Shown piece by piece: positions 10,863-23,447 of a stretch of 64,000 nucleotides of DNA. The notes under the pieces were generated by a model. The model was not told the origin of the DNA. It worked only from the letters and a program-made list of their open reading frames with translations, and ran no database searches. Both the position numbers and the translations under genes were made by a program. Numbering within the stretch: position 1 is the first letter of the stretch; every line of letters begins with the position of its first letter. The DNA is taken from NCBI GenBank assembly GCA_964019335.1, contig OZ025657.1:558001-622000 (forward strand). Reading direction: 5' to 3'. This stretch comes from Diplonema japonicum (taxonomy: Eukaryota > Protista > Euglenozoa: Diplonemea).

Positions 10863-11200
10863 CCCCCCCCCCTCCCTCCCTCCCTCCCAACGCCTTAGAT
10901 CAGCAGCAGGAACTGCCTATCCTTGTCAGGCGCAGTTCTCCCCCCCCCCCCCCCCCCCCTATTTGTTTGTGATTTTTATTGACGGGTTGAAATCAGTTAA
11001 AGAAAAAAGGAAAAAAAGGAAACGTAACGGCAGAACAAGAAAAAAAAAAAGTCGATGTCACATGGAAATTCCGCGCGAGCCGCAGGCGAAAAAAAAAGAA
11101 GAAAAGAACCTGGTGTGGTTGCTTTTCGCTGGCCACGTAATGAGCAGGGTACACTTATTTTCTCGTTCTTTTTTTCCTCTTTTCTTCTTTCTATAGAGGG

Positions 11201-11231
<31 letters not shown>

Positions 11232-11243
11232 TCGTCCTTTTCC

Positions 11244-12296
11244 TTAGAGCTTCGAAGCGTTCCCCAGGTTCTGCACGAGCACGTCTCGGAACCTCGGTTT
11301 CCCTTCACGCACCCTCTGCAGGGCGGTGTTCGCGTCTGTCATGGGGAGTTCTGTGATGAGGGCTTCGATGCTGTGCTCGGCAGCGATGGTAAGCATCTCG
11401 TCGTATTCAGCAGGCGACGCCAAGGCAGATCCCACAACACTGAGTCTCTTGAAGAGCAGCTGGAATGGGTTGATCTTCAGCTCCTTCTCAGGGGGGAGGC
11501 CCACCAAGACAAGAACACCATCATTGTCCAGAAGAGACAGGTAAGGTGCCATGGGAAAGGACGCGCTGATGGTGATAAGCAACATGTCAAGAGTCCCCCT
11601 GTTGTTCTTCATCTGCTGTGTGTCCTTGCTGTTGATGAAACTCGTCGCGCCGAGCTTCTTCGCGAACGGTTCCTTGTCCATCGAGGTGGAGATGGCAGTC
11701 ACCTTGCGGCCCATTGCCGCGGCGTACTGGATAGCAAGGTGCCCTAGTCCCCCAACGCCAATAACACCCACCCGCCCGCCTGGTTTAGAGTATCGTTTGA
11801 TGGGTGAGTAAACAGTAGCGCCTGCGCAAAGAAGCGGAGCTGCTGTTGCAGAGGGAAGCTTCTCAGGGATCTTGTATGTCCACCTGCTGTCGACCATCAT
11901 GGCCTCCGCAAAGCCACCGTAGCACTTCTCCTTCGTTTCAGCATGCACACCGTGATATACATCTACAGCCTTACCGCAGTACTGCGTTTCGCCCTTTTTG
12001 CACGACCCGCAGTTCAAGCAGCTGCCCACGTTGGGTCCCACGCCGATCCTGTCCCCTACGGCCATCGTCGCCTTCGGGCCTGCGTTGCGCACAATACCTA
12101 CAATTTCGTGCCCTGGTACCATTGGCCTCCTCTGCGGCATCTTCCAGTCGTTGTCAACAGCATGCACATCCGAGTGGCACACCCCGCAGTGCGTGATGTC
12201 AATCAGCACATCATAGTCGCATAGTCTGCGCGGGCTGTACGTGTATGGCACCACATGCGCCTCGCCCTTCATGCACGCCAGGGACTTGATGGCCAT
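11244..12296 (-). CDS. Zn-dependent NAD(P) alcohol dehydrogenase (CAD/AdhP-like) with C-terminal PTS1 (SKL)
   Basis: CGVCHSD, GHEIVG, structural-Zn Cys cluster, APLLCAG, GVGGLG; ends ...NASKL*. Start taken at MAIKS. Confidence 0.9.
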   Translation of the reverse strand: MAIKSLACMKGEAHVVPYTYSPRRLCDYDVLIDITHCGVCHSDVHAVDNDWKMPQRRPMVPGHEIVGIVRNAGPKATMAVGDRIGVGPNVGSCLNCGSCKKGETQYCGKAVDVYHGVHAETKEKCYGGFAEAMMVDSRWTYKIPEKLPSATAAPLLCAGATVYSPIKRYSKPGGRVGVIGVGGLGHLAIQYAAAMGRKVTAISTSMDKEPFAKKLGATSFINSKDTQQMKNNRGTLDMLLITISASFPMAPYLSLLDNDGVLVLVGLPPEKELKINPFQLLFKRLSVVGSALASPAEYDEMLTIAAEHSIEALITELPMTDANTALQRVREGKPRFRDVLVQNLGNASKL

Positions 12297-12527
12297 GTTG
12301 TGTAGCTGTCTTCGAACGTTGATGAGAAATACAGAACAAGGCATGACAAGAAACGAAAAGGGTAACAGATAATGCAAGGAAAGGTACAAAAAAAAAACCC
12401 CCCCAAGGAAAAGAAGAAGGGGGAAATAGGAAAAAAAGGGGGGGGGGAAGGGGAGGAAAAAGAATTTGCCATTCACATTTGCAGGCTCCCCTTCTCTTTC
12501 CATTTATTTACATCTACGCAGGTGGAC

Positions 12528-13690
12528 TCAGGCAGGTATTGTGTCCTGTTTGCTGCCGATGGAAAGGGAGTACCCAGTGGCGGTGTGCATGGTGTCGTAC
12601 TCGAGTGCCTCCCGTTTCCGTTCCATGGCTTGGCCTACCTGTAGTTTTCGGTCTTTGCCAAGGTTGATCATCTGTTCTCTCCTTTGGCGTGCACGGGCTC
12701 TTTCGAGCGCGGTTGCCATGCGCAAGAGGTGCTGTTCCTGGCGTGCTTCAGCCAGCGATTCAAGACGCTCTTGCTTTTTCACTTCTGCTTTTTCAGCGCG
12801 TTGCGTGGCCTGAGTCACCTGCACGTCTCGCAGCACCGTGGGACCCAAGGTCTTCACACTCTGGTTCTCAACGCTGCCCACCTCGTTCAGGAGGTCGCTG
12901 TCAAGCATATTTTGTATCTCCTGCAAACTGCACTGCGTGTCCCAGTCCTTCGCCGCCAAGCTCTGCCTCTTGTTCTGTTCAGCTAGTTTCCTATTGAACT
13001 CCGCAGTCGCCTTGCACGACTCTGCCTTCCTCGCCGCTATGCTCTTCTCGATCTGCCACGCCTTGTGCGTCACCTGCTCCGACCTGTCGTACCCCAGTGC
13101 TTCTACTTGCTTTTCTCTCTGTTTAAAAAAAAAAAGTTTTTTTTTAAATCCTCAGTTTTGTTGAATACCTGTAGTTTTAAGTTTTTCTCGCTGATCTGTT
13201 GCTTGTTCCATGTGTTGTTTTGATGGGCTTGGGCCTTCTTTCTGTTTTTGAGATCGGGGTCTTCGCCTGCGAATTCTTGCAGGGACGATGTGGGGCAGGG
13301 GACGCCCTCCACGCGGGGGAGGGGATCGTTTTTGAGCTGTTTTGGGTTATTGATGTCCCACTCCCTGCGCTGCTCCTTGCCTTGGTGGGTTGCGTAGAAC
13401 TGCATCACCTCGCGTTGCCGTTGCCGCTGTTCCTTGACCTGCTCCTTGTGGAGGAACACAGCGTGCTTGTCGTCCTCCAGGGCCTGTCGTGTGTAGTAGT
13501 CATCCACATCTTTAAGTTTAGAATTAATAGCCTGTTTTTCGCGCACCTGTGCGTCTAGAGCCGCCTTGTCCACAGCAATACCACTCTTCCCTTGCGAGAA
13601 CCTCCTCTTTATCTCTTCATCTGAGATGCGGACTTTGCCAGAAAGCAACGCCTTAGCTTGCGCTTTCGCCACGGCTTCACTGACAGTCAT
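12528..13690 (-). CDS. RIB43A: RIB43A-like axonemal protofilament ribbon protein
   Basis: GIAVDKAALDAQVREK, RREWDINNP, SSLQEFAGED motifs; coiled coil. A 50-nt intron at 13119-13168 joins two ORFs in frame (~370 aa). Confidence 0.85.
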
Positions 13691-15247
13691 GCTGACAACA
13701 GTTTTTTTTTTCTTCTTCTTCTTCTCCCGTCGGCTACCCCTGTGGAATGGGGTCTGATTATGCATATGTTAAGAGAGATGCACTGACGAATAAAAAAAAA
13801 AAAAAAAAAAAAAAAGAAGAAGAGAAAGAAAAAAAAAGAGGGTGAAAGTGGGGAAATCTGAGGGGTGAGGGGGGGTTTTTTTTTTAAAAGGGACAGGGAA
13901 AGAAAAAAAGGGGGGGGGGGGGGACAGGGAAAAAAGCACAAAACACAGGCAAAATAAAATAAAAAGAAGCAATAAAAAAGACTAATAACGAGGAGGGCGA
14001 ATAGGAGGGACGGGGAGGGGAAACATGGGACAAGGGAGAAAAGCCCGGCATGGCAATCGGCCTTTCTTTTTTTTTTTTTTCTCTTTCTTTTTTTTTTCTT
14101 CTCAAATCAAAGATGACTAATAAAGGAACACATATCTTGGGATGGGGCGATGAGAAAAAGGAATAACACCAAAAAAGGAAGGCCAGCCAGTGGGTGACCT
14201 CCCACCGCGACCACCACACGTTGCCGCTCCTTTTCTTCTTTTCCTTTTCTCTCTTTTCTTCTAAAAAAAATAAGACTAACCAGTGGCTTCTGCGGTATAC
14301 AGGCAAGGGGAGGGGATGGGCTTGCATGGAGGGAACGGGAGAAAGAGGGGCAAGGGCATGGGAGAATAAGGACGGTTTTCGGGTGTTTTTTTTTTGTTTC
14401 TTCTTTTTCCATGGAGAATAAAAAAGTAATAAAAAACTTTCTTTAGCCCAGACCTACTTGCCCTCATGCTTTTTTTTTTTTTTTTTTTCCAAAGCGAGAC
14501 TCAGAGAAAGAGAGAGAATTAACTCCACAACATAGAAAATAAAGAAGGGGGTGTGTGAATTATTTTTATCTCCCTGTTCTTTTTTTTTTTTTTTTTCCTT
14601 CGTTCTATTTCTTTAAAACTCTCCCCCTTGTTTCTAAAAAAAAAGAGGGGTGAACTTACTACAGGAGATTTCAATAAGAAAAATAAAACAAGAGCAGAGG
14701 GGAAAGGGGGGGGGGGGGGTTACGAGTAAGAATGAGGGGAGAGAGCCTTACTGCATCGGGAGGGAGAGAAGGATAAAGAGGCAGCAACACCCCCCCCTCA
14801 CTTTTTTCCCATGGTTTCTTTCTTGAACCCGTTTCATTAAAAAATAATTGTACCTGATAGGGAAAAAAAAACCAAACACTGTTTCTTCTGCATTTACTTT
14901 TTTTCTCCCCCCTCTCTTTAATCTCCTTTTTTTTTCCACCCCACTACTTTTTTTTTCCCCGCTTTTCTTTTTCTCCTTTCCTTCCTTGATATTCCTCCCT
15001 CCCCTCCCCCACCACATGAAAAAAAGAGAAAAAAAAACAATCACATCTCGGTATCCATCACATCATTTTAAATCCCAACTAAAGGGGATTTGCGTGAGGT
15101 ATTTTTTTTACCCCCCTTCTTTTTTCTCTTTTTTTTCTGTTTTCTAAAAACCCTTCTTTTTTTTTTAAAGTGATGTGCTTATGCATTTCTTTTTTTTTTT
15201 CTTCCGTGCCATCTCCCATCTTTTTTTTTTTTTTAAAATTTTTCTTT

Positions 15248-16560
15248 TTATTTTTTGCCCTCGAGGGAACTCGGCCGTTTTTCGTTGAGCTTATCGAATT
15301 TTTGCGCATCTTTAAAGCCTTGTATGCTCAAGGCACCGCCGCTAGTAGTTTCGGTATTCTGCGACGCTGCTGTACTGAGGCCCTTGAGGACAAGTACAGA
15401 ATCGTTCTGCTCTCTGATGGTCTTGTACATCTTAGCCATTCTGCCCATAGCAACGATCTTAGACCGGAGCTGCTGCCCACGCTCCTTGGTCATGCTTGGC
15501 TGGTCGATGGCCTCCGCATCAGGCACCGCCATGTCCTCATCAACCACATTCCACATAGTGATGAGCATGTCCGTGACCTTCTCTGCCACGAAGGGCATTG
15601 ACCAGCTGAACGCGTTCATGAAATTCGGCAGATAGTAAGGATGCGCCATGGAGTTGAACTGCCTGATGTTCATCAAATTGTTCTGGAACCTGATGATGGC
15701 CGCCTTGTTGTCGTAATTGTCACAATAGTTGGGAGCCGAGAAGATGCAGATCACGGACGGGAAGCCTGTCGGGCTCTTCTTGTACAGCTTGTACCCCTCG
15801 TCCTGCGCCTCATGCGCTCTGATCACCGACAGCAGGTTGTTATGCGCCAGAAACTTACAAACCGCGTTATAGCTGAACACATACGAGCAGCCTCTCAGCT
15901 CGTTGTGAAAGTACAGAACCTCGGGGTTTGTGTCTTCATCCTCGTCCATAGGGTCTGCCCACAACAGATCGCACATGGGCCCCGACCCTGGAGGGTCCCT
16001 GAACCTCGTGATGGAGTTGATGTCGTCGAGGGTTTTAATCTCCGGTGACAGCCCACCGTGCACGCACAGGAACCGGTTGTTCAACACGGCAGCAAGCGGC
16101 AGTGTGGAGAAGCACTCTATGACCTTGTCGTAGACGTGTTGGTTGTACTTGTAAACACACTCCGCTTTGAAGTTGAAGTACGATGTGAGGTGCGCGCACT
16201 CGTGGTTGCCTCGCAGCAAGTAGAAGGTCTTCGGGTGGCAGATCTTCGCCGCCATCAGGTAGAACACAACCTCGCACCCGAAGCATCCTCTGTCCACGTA
16301 GTCACCTAGGAAGAGGTACTGTTGCTCTTTTGGATCTCCGCCGATCTCAAACAACTTACACAGATCGTAGAATTGCCCGTGGATGTCACCGCACACTGTT
16401 AAAGGGTCCTTCAAACGCAGCAGGTTTGGTTCCTTCCTCATCAATGCGCCTGCTTCTGAGACCAGTCGGATCGCGTCCTTTTCGGCTAGCAGGCCCTCCG
16501 CAAGGAAGTGTGCCTTCAAGGCTGGCAGGTTGGGTAGACCGGTGGCCTTGTCCCAGAGCT

Positions 16561-16604
<44 letters not shown>

Positions 16605-16760
16605 TTTTTTGTTTTGGTGGATTAGAAAAAAGGAAAAAAAAAAAGGTCGTACCTCTGCGCTCGGAAGCGGTTCCCAGTTGGGTGATGGGACATCTGGATT
16701 CGCACGCTCTGTGTTGAGCATGTGCTGCACACTGCCCTTCTTCGCAGTCGATGTTGACAT
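15248..16760 (-). CDS. CNA: Calcineurin A (PP2B catalytic subunit)
   Basis: GDIHG, GDYVDRG, RGNHE, SAPNY, HPYYLPNFM..F.WS.PF, CaM-binding helix (SKIVAMGRMAK) and autoinhibitory D.LNE..P. A 94-nt intron at 16559-16652 supplies the N-terminus MSTSTAKK. Confidence 0.95.
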
Positions 16761-17352
16761 TTTATTCTTTTTTTTTGTTTCCCGTTGCTTCACAGCACCC
16801 TACCCCTTCGCGGTGTGTTTTGGTGGCAATTTTAACCAAAAGAATGTTTTTTTTTAAAGTGGGCGAGTTTTAAAAAAAGGGGGGGGGGGAGCATTTAAGG
16901 GTACCTGCGGTATGTGGCAGGACGTCTGAAAGAAAGAGCTTCAAAAAGCTTTTCTTCGGGGGGGTATTTTTTTGTAAATTATTTTTGGTAAATTTTTCTC
17001 TGCTCGAGAGAGAGGCAGAAAACAACGATGCTAAAAAAAAAAAAAAAAATACTAAGAAAAAAAAAAAACAACAAAAAAAAGAAGAAGAGAAAGAAAAAGT
17101 AAAGAAAATAAATTTCTTTGCTCGACAAATTCTCTAGTTATTATCCCCCCCCCCCCCCCGCCAAAAGATTACGGAACAACGGCAGTGTGGCGCACGATGC
17201 TTAGTATCCTGAATTACTTAAAATTCTAGAATGAAAAAAAAAAAAAAAAAAAAAAAAGAGACTCTCTTTATTGGCCGTTCCGCTTTGCGCACGTGTTGTC
17301 AGAGGGGGAAAAAAAAAAGAAGCAGAAGAAGAAGAAAATAAAAGCAGATCTG

Positions 17353-18555
17353 CTAGTTAAGGCCAAGTTTCTTCGCAACGAAGTCGGCATCCTTGTCGCC
17401 ACGCCCGGACAAGTTCACAAGCAGCTTCTTATCAGCAGGTAACTCTGCAGCCAGTTTCATCGCATAGGCAATGGCATGAGCACTCTCAAGTGCGGGGATG
17501 ATACCCTCGGTTCTGGAGAGCACCATGAACGCGTCAAGACACTCCTTGTCAGTGGCAGCTTCATAGGTTGCCCTCCCGATGTCCTTCAAGTGACAGTGCT
17601 GTGGGCCGACACCTGGGTAGTCGAGCCCCGACGCTATGGAGTAGACAGGGAGCGGCTCACCCTTTTCGTTTTGCAGGTTCAGACATTCGAACCCATGAAT
17701 AGCGCCTTTCACGCCATGCGTCATAGTTGCAGCATGCTGGTCTGTGTCAAGACCCAGACCTGCAGGTTCGACACCAATAAGCTTGACGTCTTTATCGTCA
17801 AGGAATGCGGAGAACAGCCCTATGGCATTGCACCCACCACCCACACATGCTATGCACGCGTTGGGGAGGCATTTGTTCATTGTTTGAAACTGTTCCCTTG
17901 CCTCCTTCCCAATGATGGCTTGGAAGTCGCGGACCATTTTCGGGAAGGGGTGGGGCCCCACAACAGACCCAATGGCGTAGAAAGAACTCACAGGATCCTT
18001 TAAATAATCCTCAAAGGCACTGTCGACAGCGTCCTTCAAAGTACGCGTCCCACGCGTGACGCTGATAACCTTGCAGCCCAGGATCTTCATCTTCACCACA
18101 TTAGGGTGTTCCTTCTCCACATCAATCTCGCCCATATGTATCTCACAAGGTAGGCCGACAAGAGCACATGCTGTGGCCAAGGCAACACCATGCTGGCCTG
18201 CTCCTGTCTCGGCGAGAACCTTTTTCTTGTTCATGTACTTTGCAAGAAGTACTTCGCCTATGCAGTGGTTGATCTTGTGGGCACCAGTGTGGTTCAGATC
18301 CTCGCGTTTAAGGTAAATCTGTGCGCCGCCGCACTTTTCAGACAAGCGCTTGGCATGGAAGATCGGACTGGGCCTCCCGATGTACTGGGAGAAGAGCTCC
18401 GCCAACTCGTCCTGGAAATCCTTCCTCACACGGATCTCGTTGTACGCCTTATCAATGTCGTCCATTATCTGTTTCAGTTGCGGGGGGACGACCTGCCCAC
18501 CGTATTCACCGAAGTACCCCTTTTCGTCCGGCATGTCATTGTGGAGAGACGCCAT
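17353..18555 (-). CDS. trpB: Tryptophan synthase beta chain (stand-alone, bacterial-type, intronless)
   Basis: [23 protein letters not shown] (PLP Lys), [40 protein letters not shown]. Confidence 0.95.
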   Translation of the reverse strand: MASLHNDMPDEKGYFGEYGGQVVPPQLKQIMDDIDKAYNEIRVRKDFQDELAELFSQYIGRPSPIFHAKRLSEKCGGAQIYLKREDLNHTGAHKINHCIGEVLLAKYMNKKKVLAETGAGQHGVALATACALVGLPCEIHMGEIDVEKEHPNVVKMKILGCKVISVTRGTRTLKDAVDSAFEDYLKDPVSSFYAIGSVVGPHPFPKMVRDFQAIIGKEAREQFQTMNKCLPNACIACVGGGCNAIGLFSAFLDDKDVKLIGVEPAGLGLDTDQHAATMTHGVKGAIHGFECLNLQNEKGEPLPVYSIASGLDYPGVGPQHCHLKDIGRATYEAATDKECLDAFMVLSRTEGIIPALESAHAIAYAMKLAAELPADKKLLVNLSGRGDKDADFVAKKLGLN

Positions 18556-18884
18556 TTCAGTCCTGTAGGTTTGCTGCACGTGTACAAATGGGGGTGGCAG
18601 ATGACTAATATCGAAAAATGATGTGAGGAGACCATAAGATATAACAGGAAAGTCACAAGTCCAAATGGCAGGGTAGGAATAAAAAAAAAAAAAAAAGAAT
18701 GTGGGGTAAGTAAAAATGATCGTGTGGGACAAATAAAAAAAAAAGAAAGAAAAGAAGAAGGGAAGAAAAATATTGACCAAAGGAAAATCTGATAAAAAAA
18801 AAAAAAAGAAATGGGAAGGGTGGGAAAACATGATTCTCGCTTTCATTTTTTTTTTTTTTTTTTTTTTTTTTTATGATGCTCATT

Positions 18885-20689
18885 TTACAAACTACCCTTC
18901 CACTGCCTGCTGTCGGAACCCTGGGTGTTCCTCACACCAGTGGAGTACGCGCTGTTGGTTGGCTTTTTGCGTCCACCTTCATCGAGGTTCTTCCCGAACC
19001 CAGGTCCAGACTCCGCACGCAGAGACTTCTTTTTCTTCCCCCCTTGCTCAACGAGGTCTGTGGGTAAGAAATAACCATATTATTTTTGTACTTCAAAACA
19101 TACTAAAGTCTATCGCTGGCGCGTCCTTCAGCCCCACCGACCTCGCGACTTTCATGAGGTCGAGATCCCCCACAGAGAACACTTCCTGCATCTGGTGCGA
19201 AGCGTATGCCTGTAGTGATTTATTGTACCAAAAATGTTGAAGCACATACCAACAGGTACGCCCTGTAAGCCTCCCTCGCGCTCTTGTGGAGGTAGTAGTT
19301 CTTTTCGACAAGCTTCTCGAGGGTCAGCTGTACCTGCTTTGACAGCTTCTCGGTCTTAAAGTCGTACTGGCTGCAGTTCACCTTGTGCTCTCGGAGATAC
19401 TTCACAAACGCAAGTTCCTCAGGAAGGAGGAACAGCAACGCGTTGCCCGAAGACCCTGCACGAGCGGTACGCCCCACCCTGTGGATGTAGGTCCTCGGAT
19501 CATCAGGCGGGTCGAACTGGATGATCCAGTCAACATGGGGGATGTCGAACCCACGCGCTGCCACGTCCGTCGACAGCAGGATGCCCGACGGTGCATTGCA
19601 GAACTGGTGGAACACAGTGCTCCTGCGCTGCTGTTTCAATTTGCCGTGCAGGGCGACGTTAGGGATGTCGATGTAGTTCAGCAGCTCCGAGTGGTACTGC
19701 ACAGACTTGCAGCTCGAGAAGAACACGATGAGCTTCCCCTTCTGTTTTTTCAAGAAGGTGTACAGCAGGAGGAAACGCAGGTCGGCGGGACACACGATGA
19801 AGCCCTGCTCCAGGTTGTCCGCTGTTGACTGGTCGTCTTTCGACGCGACGGAGATGTAGACGGGCGGCTTCGGGAAGGAGATCCTCACAAGGTCCTCGAC
19901 CTTGGTAGTCTGTGTGGCGGAGAAGAGCATGGTGAGCCTGTTCTTAGGGAGGATGTTGATGATCTGCTTCATCTGCTCTTCAAACCCGTTCTGAAGGATC
20001 CTATCGGCCTCGTCAATGCAGAGGGCGAGAAGATTCTTGAAGACGAACTGGGGAGTGGTTTGAAGGTGGTCGAGGAGCCTGCCGGGTGTGGCGATGACGA
20101 TGTTGACGCCGCGGGAGAGCTTCAAGGCCTCAGGCCTCTTGTTGACACCTCCAGTGATGCAGCAGTGCGTGTGCCTGCCCTTGAAGGGTTTCACAAGCTG
20201 AGCGACGACTCCTTCGATCTGGATGGCCAGCTCTCTCACAGGAGCGATGATAATGGCGCCTGTTCCGTTGCGGGTCATGAAGTTGGCACGTTCAAGCAAC
20301 TCCATAATAGGGATAGAAAATGCCAGCGTCTTCCCACTCCCCGTTTTGGCCTGCCCCAGGACGTCGTTCCCCGCCAGCAACGCAGGGATCGACCTGCGCT
20401 GGATCTCCGTCATCGTATCGTACCCAAACTCATTCTTCATGGCATCCTGCAGCCCTTGGCACAGCTCCAGCTCGTCAAACCGCGTCACCTCCGTCGCCAC
20501 TGTCTTCTTTACCTCTTTCTCATTCTGTACCTTCATGTCCTCAATTGCCGCCTCCCTTTCCTCTTCTCTCACTTCTTTCGGCGTCTTGTACGCCTCATGC
20601 TCCTCAGGTACTTTGCTTGCAAACTTTGACTTCTTCTTCCCTACGGTTTTTGGGGCGCTTACGCTGCGCTTTTTACCCGCGACAGGCAT
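18885..20689 (-). CDS. HAS1: DEAD-box RNA helicase HAS1/DDX18
   Basis: [32 protein letters not shown]. Introns 19210-19249 and 19058-19103 restore the C-terminus (AYASH...). Confidence 0.93.
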
Positions 20690-20801
20690 GTCTATGGGGT
20701 TGTCAAGGTCCCCTTTCTGTTTGTGGGGGTTCTTTTCTTTTCTTTTCTTTTCTTTTTACAACAAAGAAAAAATGAAGGGAAAACATCTATACAGAAGTAC
20801 A

Positions 20802-21485
20802 TCACGTGGTATCGACTCGCACACGCTCGAGGTAAGGTGAAGGGATTGTGTGTGGACCCCGGTTGGTGTATGGTAGAGAGGGGTGTAAGGGGGTAGGGGT
20901 GGTGTAGCTGTATGGGGAGTTAAGAGGAGGTGTAATCCACCATGAAGGGGGAGGCGCGGTGAGGGGAGGCCTAGGTGGGAGCTGAAGGGGTTGGGCTCCA
21001 CGCGCGGGCCGCGGGGGGTAATACGACTCTTCCTCTCTTTTCCGGTAGCTGTCAAAGCCTTCCCCAACAAGGGAAGCCGGTGGTGTAGGGTCGTCAGGGG
21101 TTCGCGTCCTGTCGTCAGTCTCGGCCACAACCATGACCCCCTTGGAAGGAAGCCCAGGAATGATCTGATCCCTGCCTGTCCCCGGTTTTTGTATACCCCT
21201 GTCAATACTGTTCCACAGCCACCCACCTTCCTCCGTCACAGATTGATACCTCCACCGCCCAGCGCTCTCTTTTACTATGTTCTGTATCTTCGTAATAACT
21301 TCGTCCTTCACCCCTCGGCACACCCACTTCCCGTCGAAGGTCACTTCGTTCCCATTACCCACCCGAATGGTTTTCCCCCTCACCACCTCTCGGCTGTTTT
21401 CATGGAGCGCGTACCACCCAGTACCAGGGGTTACTTTTAAAACGAAATTTTCATTAGATGGACCTTGCCATGAAACAGACTGCAT
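20802..21485 (-). CDS. Hypothetical protein with Pro-rich C-terminus
   Basis: 227-aa ATG-initiated ORF co-oriented with its neighbours; no recognised motif. Confidence 0.55.
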   Translation of the reverse strand: MQSVSWQGPSNENFVLKVTPGTGWYALHENSREVVRGKTIRVGNGNEVTFDGKWVCRGVKDEVITKIQNIVKESAGRWRYQSVTEEGGWLWNSIDRGIQKPGTGRDQIIPGLPSKGVMVVAETDDRTRTPDDPTPPASLVGEGFDSYRKREEESYYPPRPARGAQPLQLPPRPPLTAPPPSWWITPPLNSPYSYTTPTPLHPSLPYTNRGPHTIPSPYLERVRVDTT

Positions 21486-21593
21486 TGAGGGTGAGCCCTC
21501 CCCCTTCTATGTTTTTATGCCGAGCCGAGAAAAGTGTCAAGAAAGAAAAAGAAAAAAAAAACAAGAAAACCTCTGAAAGACACTCCGTTATCA

Positions 21594-22565
21594 TTATAGA
21601 TTGACGGCTTCTCGGGTCTTAGGTTTTTCATCTGCGACGTAAGAGTAGGCAACGGCACCGGCCCCTGCGGTGAGCATGCCGAGGGAGTTCAAGAAGCCGA
21701 TGTGGATGGGGTAGAAGAAGGTGGACATTAAGATGAGGAAGATCATCTTAACGTTCATAATCGCCTGCGAGGCGATGGGGGACGTGTACTCCACGATTGC
21801 GAGATACGTGACCTGGTTCAGGAACATGAGCACGCCGTTGGCGCAGGTGGCGACAAAAAAAACACCGAGCGACGTCTTCTCAAATGTATTGTCGTCTCCG
21901 AAGAAAACACGTGGCATCTCTAAGAACATGGAAGCTATGAACAAAAGCATCCCAGACATGGGTGCCTCGTAGCGAAGAAGTGTTAGTTTATGGAGTTTAT
22001 GCTGCGCACTAGCACCTGGTAAGGCTTGAAGCAGTCTGGTGTTGATGACACACTTCCCTGCTCTACAAAAACAGCTCAACAACATACAAATAACACCTAT
22101 TGCCGTTCCGTTAAGGTTGGGGTCGTTGACAGTGGCCATAGCTGTTCCGAGGACGATGATGAGGACCAACACCCACGCACGGAACGGGACTTTTCGCCTA
22201 AGGTACACCACCGTGAGAACGGCCACCCAGACAGGAATGGTTGACTTCAGTATTTGTTGCGATGCGACGGACATGGCGGCCAATGCGAGGTTTGCGAAGC
22301 CCAGGTCGCAGCTTCTCACAATGCTCAAGGGGATCAACATGTTCACTAGCATCTCTCGTGAAGCTGTCTCCTTTGCCCCCGTCCCCGTCGCCCTCTGCGC
22401 CCCCACCGTGATCATCGTCACCACTATCATCTGCAGCGCGGTGCTCATCAACGGCAACGACTTGAACTCACTAAAAATCTCCTTGTTCGCCAGCGTCCAT
22501 AAGCTATAAGACAAAAAATTTCCCACCACGCTCCCAGTGGCAGGGTGGCGCAGGAGGTCTTGCAT
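21594..22565 (-). CDS. Triose-phosphate/nucleotide-sugar transporter family (SLC35/TPT)
   Basis: About 10 TM segments; LANKEIF, N.AL....VA..QILKST.P, TSP.....NVK motifs. Start at MQDLL after a CACAG acceptor-like site. Confidence 0.85.
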   Translation of the reverse strand: MQDLLRHPATGSVVGNFLSYSLWTLANKEIFSEFKSLPLMSTALQMIVVTMITVGAQRATGTGAKETASREMLVNMLIPLSIVRSCDLGFANLALAAMSVASQQILKSTIPVWVAVLTVVYLRRKVPFRAWVLVLIIVLGTAMATVNDPNLNGTAIGVICMLLSCFCRAGKCVINTRLLQALPGASAQHKLHKLTLLRYEAPMSGMLLFIASMFLEMPRVFFGDDNTFEKTSLGVFFVATCANGVLMFLNQVTYLAIVEYTSPIASQAIMNVKMIFLILMSTFFYPIHIGFLNSLGMLTAGAGAVAYSYVADEKPKTREAVNL

Positions 22566-22730
22566 ACTTACCACCTGTGAGAAATATGGGTGAGAAAAAA
22601 AGGGGGGGGAACACATAAACTAAACAGGGGAGGATGGGGGGACATAAATAGACAGATAAAAAAAATGGTGAACAAAAAGTATGGAAAAGGGAGAGAACAA
22701 ATAACACAGAAGAAAAGTAGCAAGAAAGAC

Positions 22731-23447
22731 TTAACTGGAAGAAAAAAAAAAGAAACCCCTTTCGCAAGGGGCTGCCGTGAGGAGGCGTTCCTCGTCTTTG
22801 ATGAGTTGGTCGAGGCTGCGAAGTTGGGTGATGTTGTTGCCGATGGCCTCTCGAAGGGCGGCTTCTTGTTTTTTACTTCTCGGGAGGTGCACTGATTTGA
22901 TGTGTGTGTCCAGTTGGAACTGCTTTGACCGCAGATCTTCTTCGAGCTCTGTGAACTCCTCTCGGAGGGCAGCTATGTGCTTGCGTTTCTTTGCAATCCT
23001 AGCCTGGTGTTGCGACACTCTTGGGCTTGGCCCCCCCGCAGCGGGTGCTAAAGGTGGAAGCTCCCCATTGTGCATTATATGTGCTAGCCGTTCCTTTTCG
23101 TCTTCACCCAAAAGCTTTCGTTTTGGCTCTGGTGGTGCAGGCATTTGGAACTCCTCCAAAGGAGTGAGTCTCTTCCCCATCCTTGGCAGCCCCACCCACC
23201 CGCACGCATGTAAATCGCTGCTCTTTCTGTACCCTGTAGGCCTCGGAACCTTTACCTTCGCTTGCGACTTCGGTACGACTCGCTGCTTCGGCCTCTCTAC
23301 CATCTCCCTCCTCTTCCTTTGATCCTGAAGCCGTACCAGCAGATCCCTGTCCAACGTACTGTCCATCGTCTTCTTTCCGTTGTACAGCTTGTACAGCATG
23401 TTCCCCGCAGGAGTCCCCCTCTCAAACGTCTTGTACGCCTCTTCCAT
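22731..23447 (-). CDS. Hypothetical coiled-coil protein, possibly UPF0193/EVG1-like
   Basis: EKERLAHIM...EEF.EL..D..AI...I.QL..LD pattern recalls UPF0193; the exact 3' end is uncertain. Confidence 0.5.
   Translation of the reverse strand: MEEAYKTFERGTPAGNMLYKLYNGKKTMDSTLDRDLLVRLQDQRKRREMVERPKQRVVPKSQAKVKVPRPTGYRKSSDLHACGWVGLPRMGKRLTPLEEFQMPAPPEPKRKLLGEDEKERLAHIMHNGELPPLAPAAGGPSPRVSQHQARIAKKRKHIAALREEFTELEEDLRSKQFQLDTHIKSVHLPRSKKQEAALREAIGNNITQLRSLDQLIKDEERLLTAAPCERGFFFFSSS

Noticed and set aside
13690-15240. Poly-Phe/poly-Lys ORFs in spacers (also 5750-6900, 27200-27560, 31250-32000, 45590-46700)
   Set aside because: Translations of A/T homopolymer tracts.
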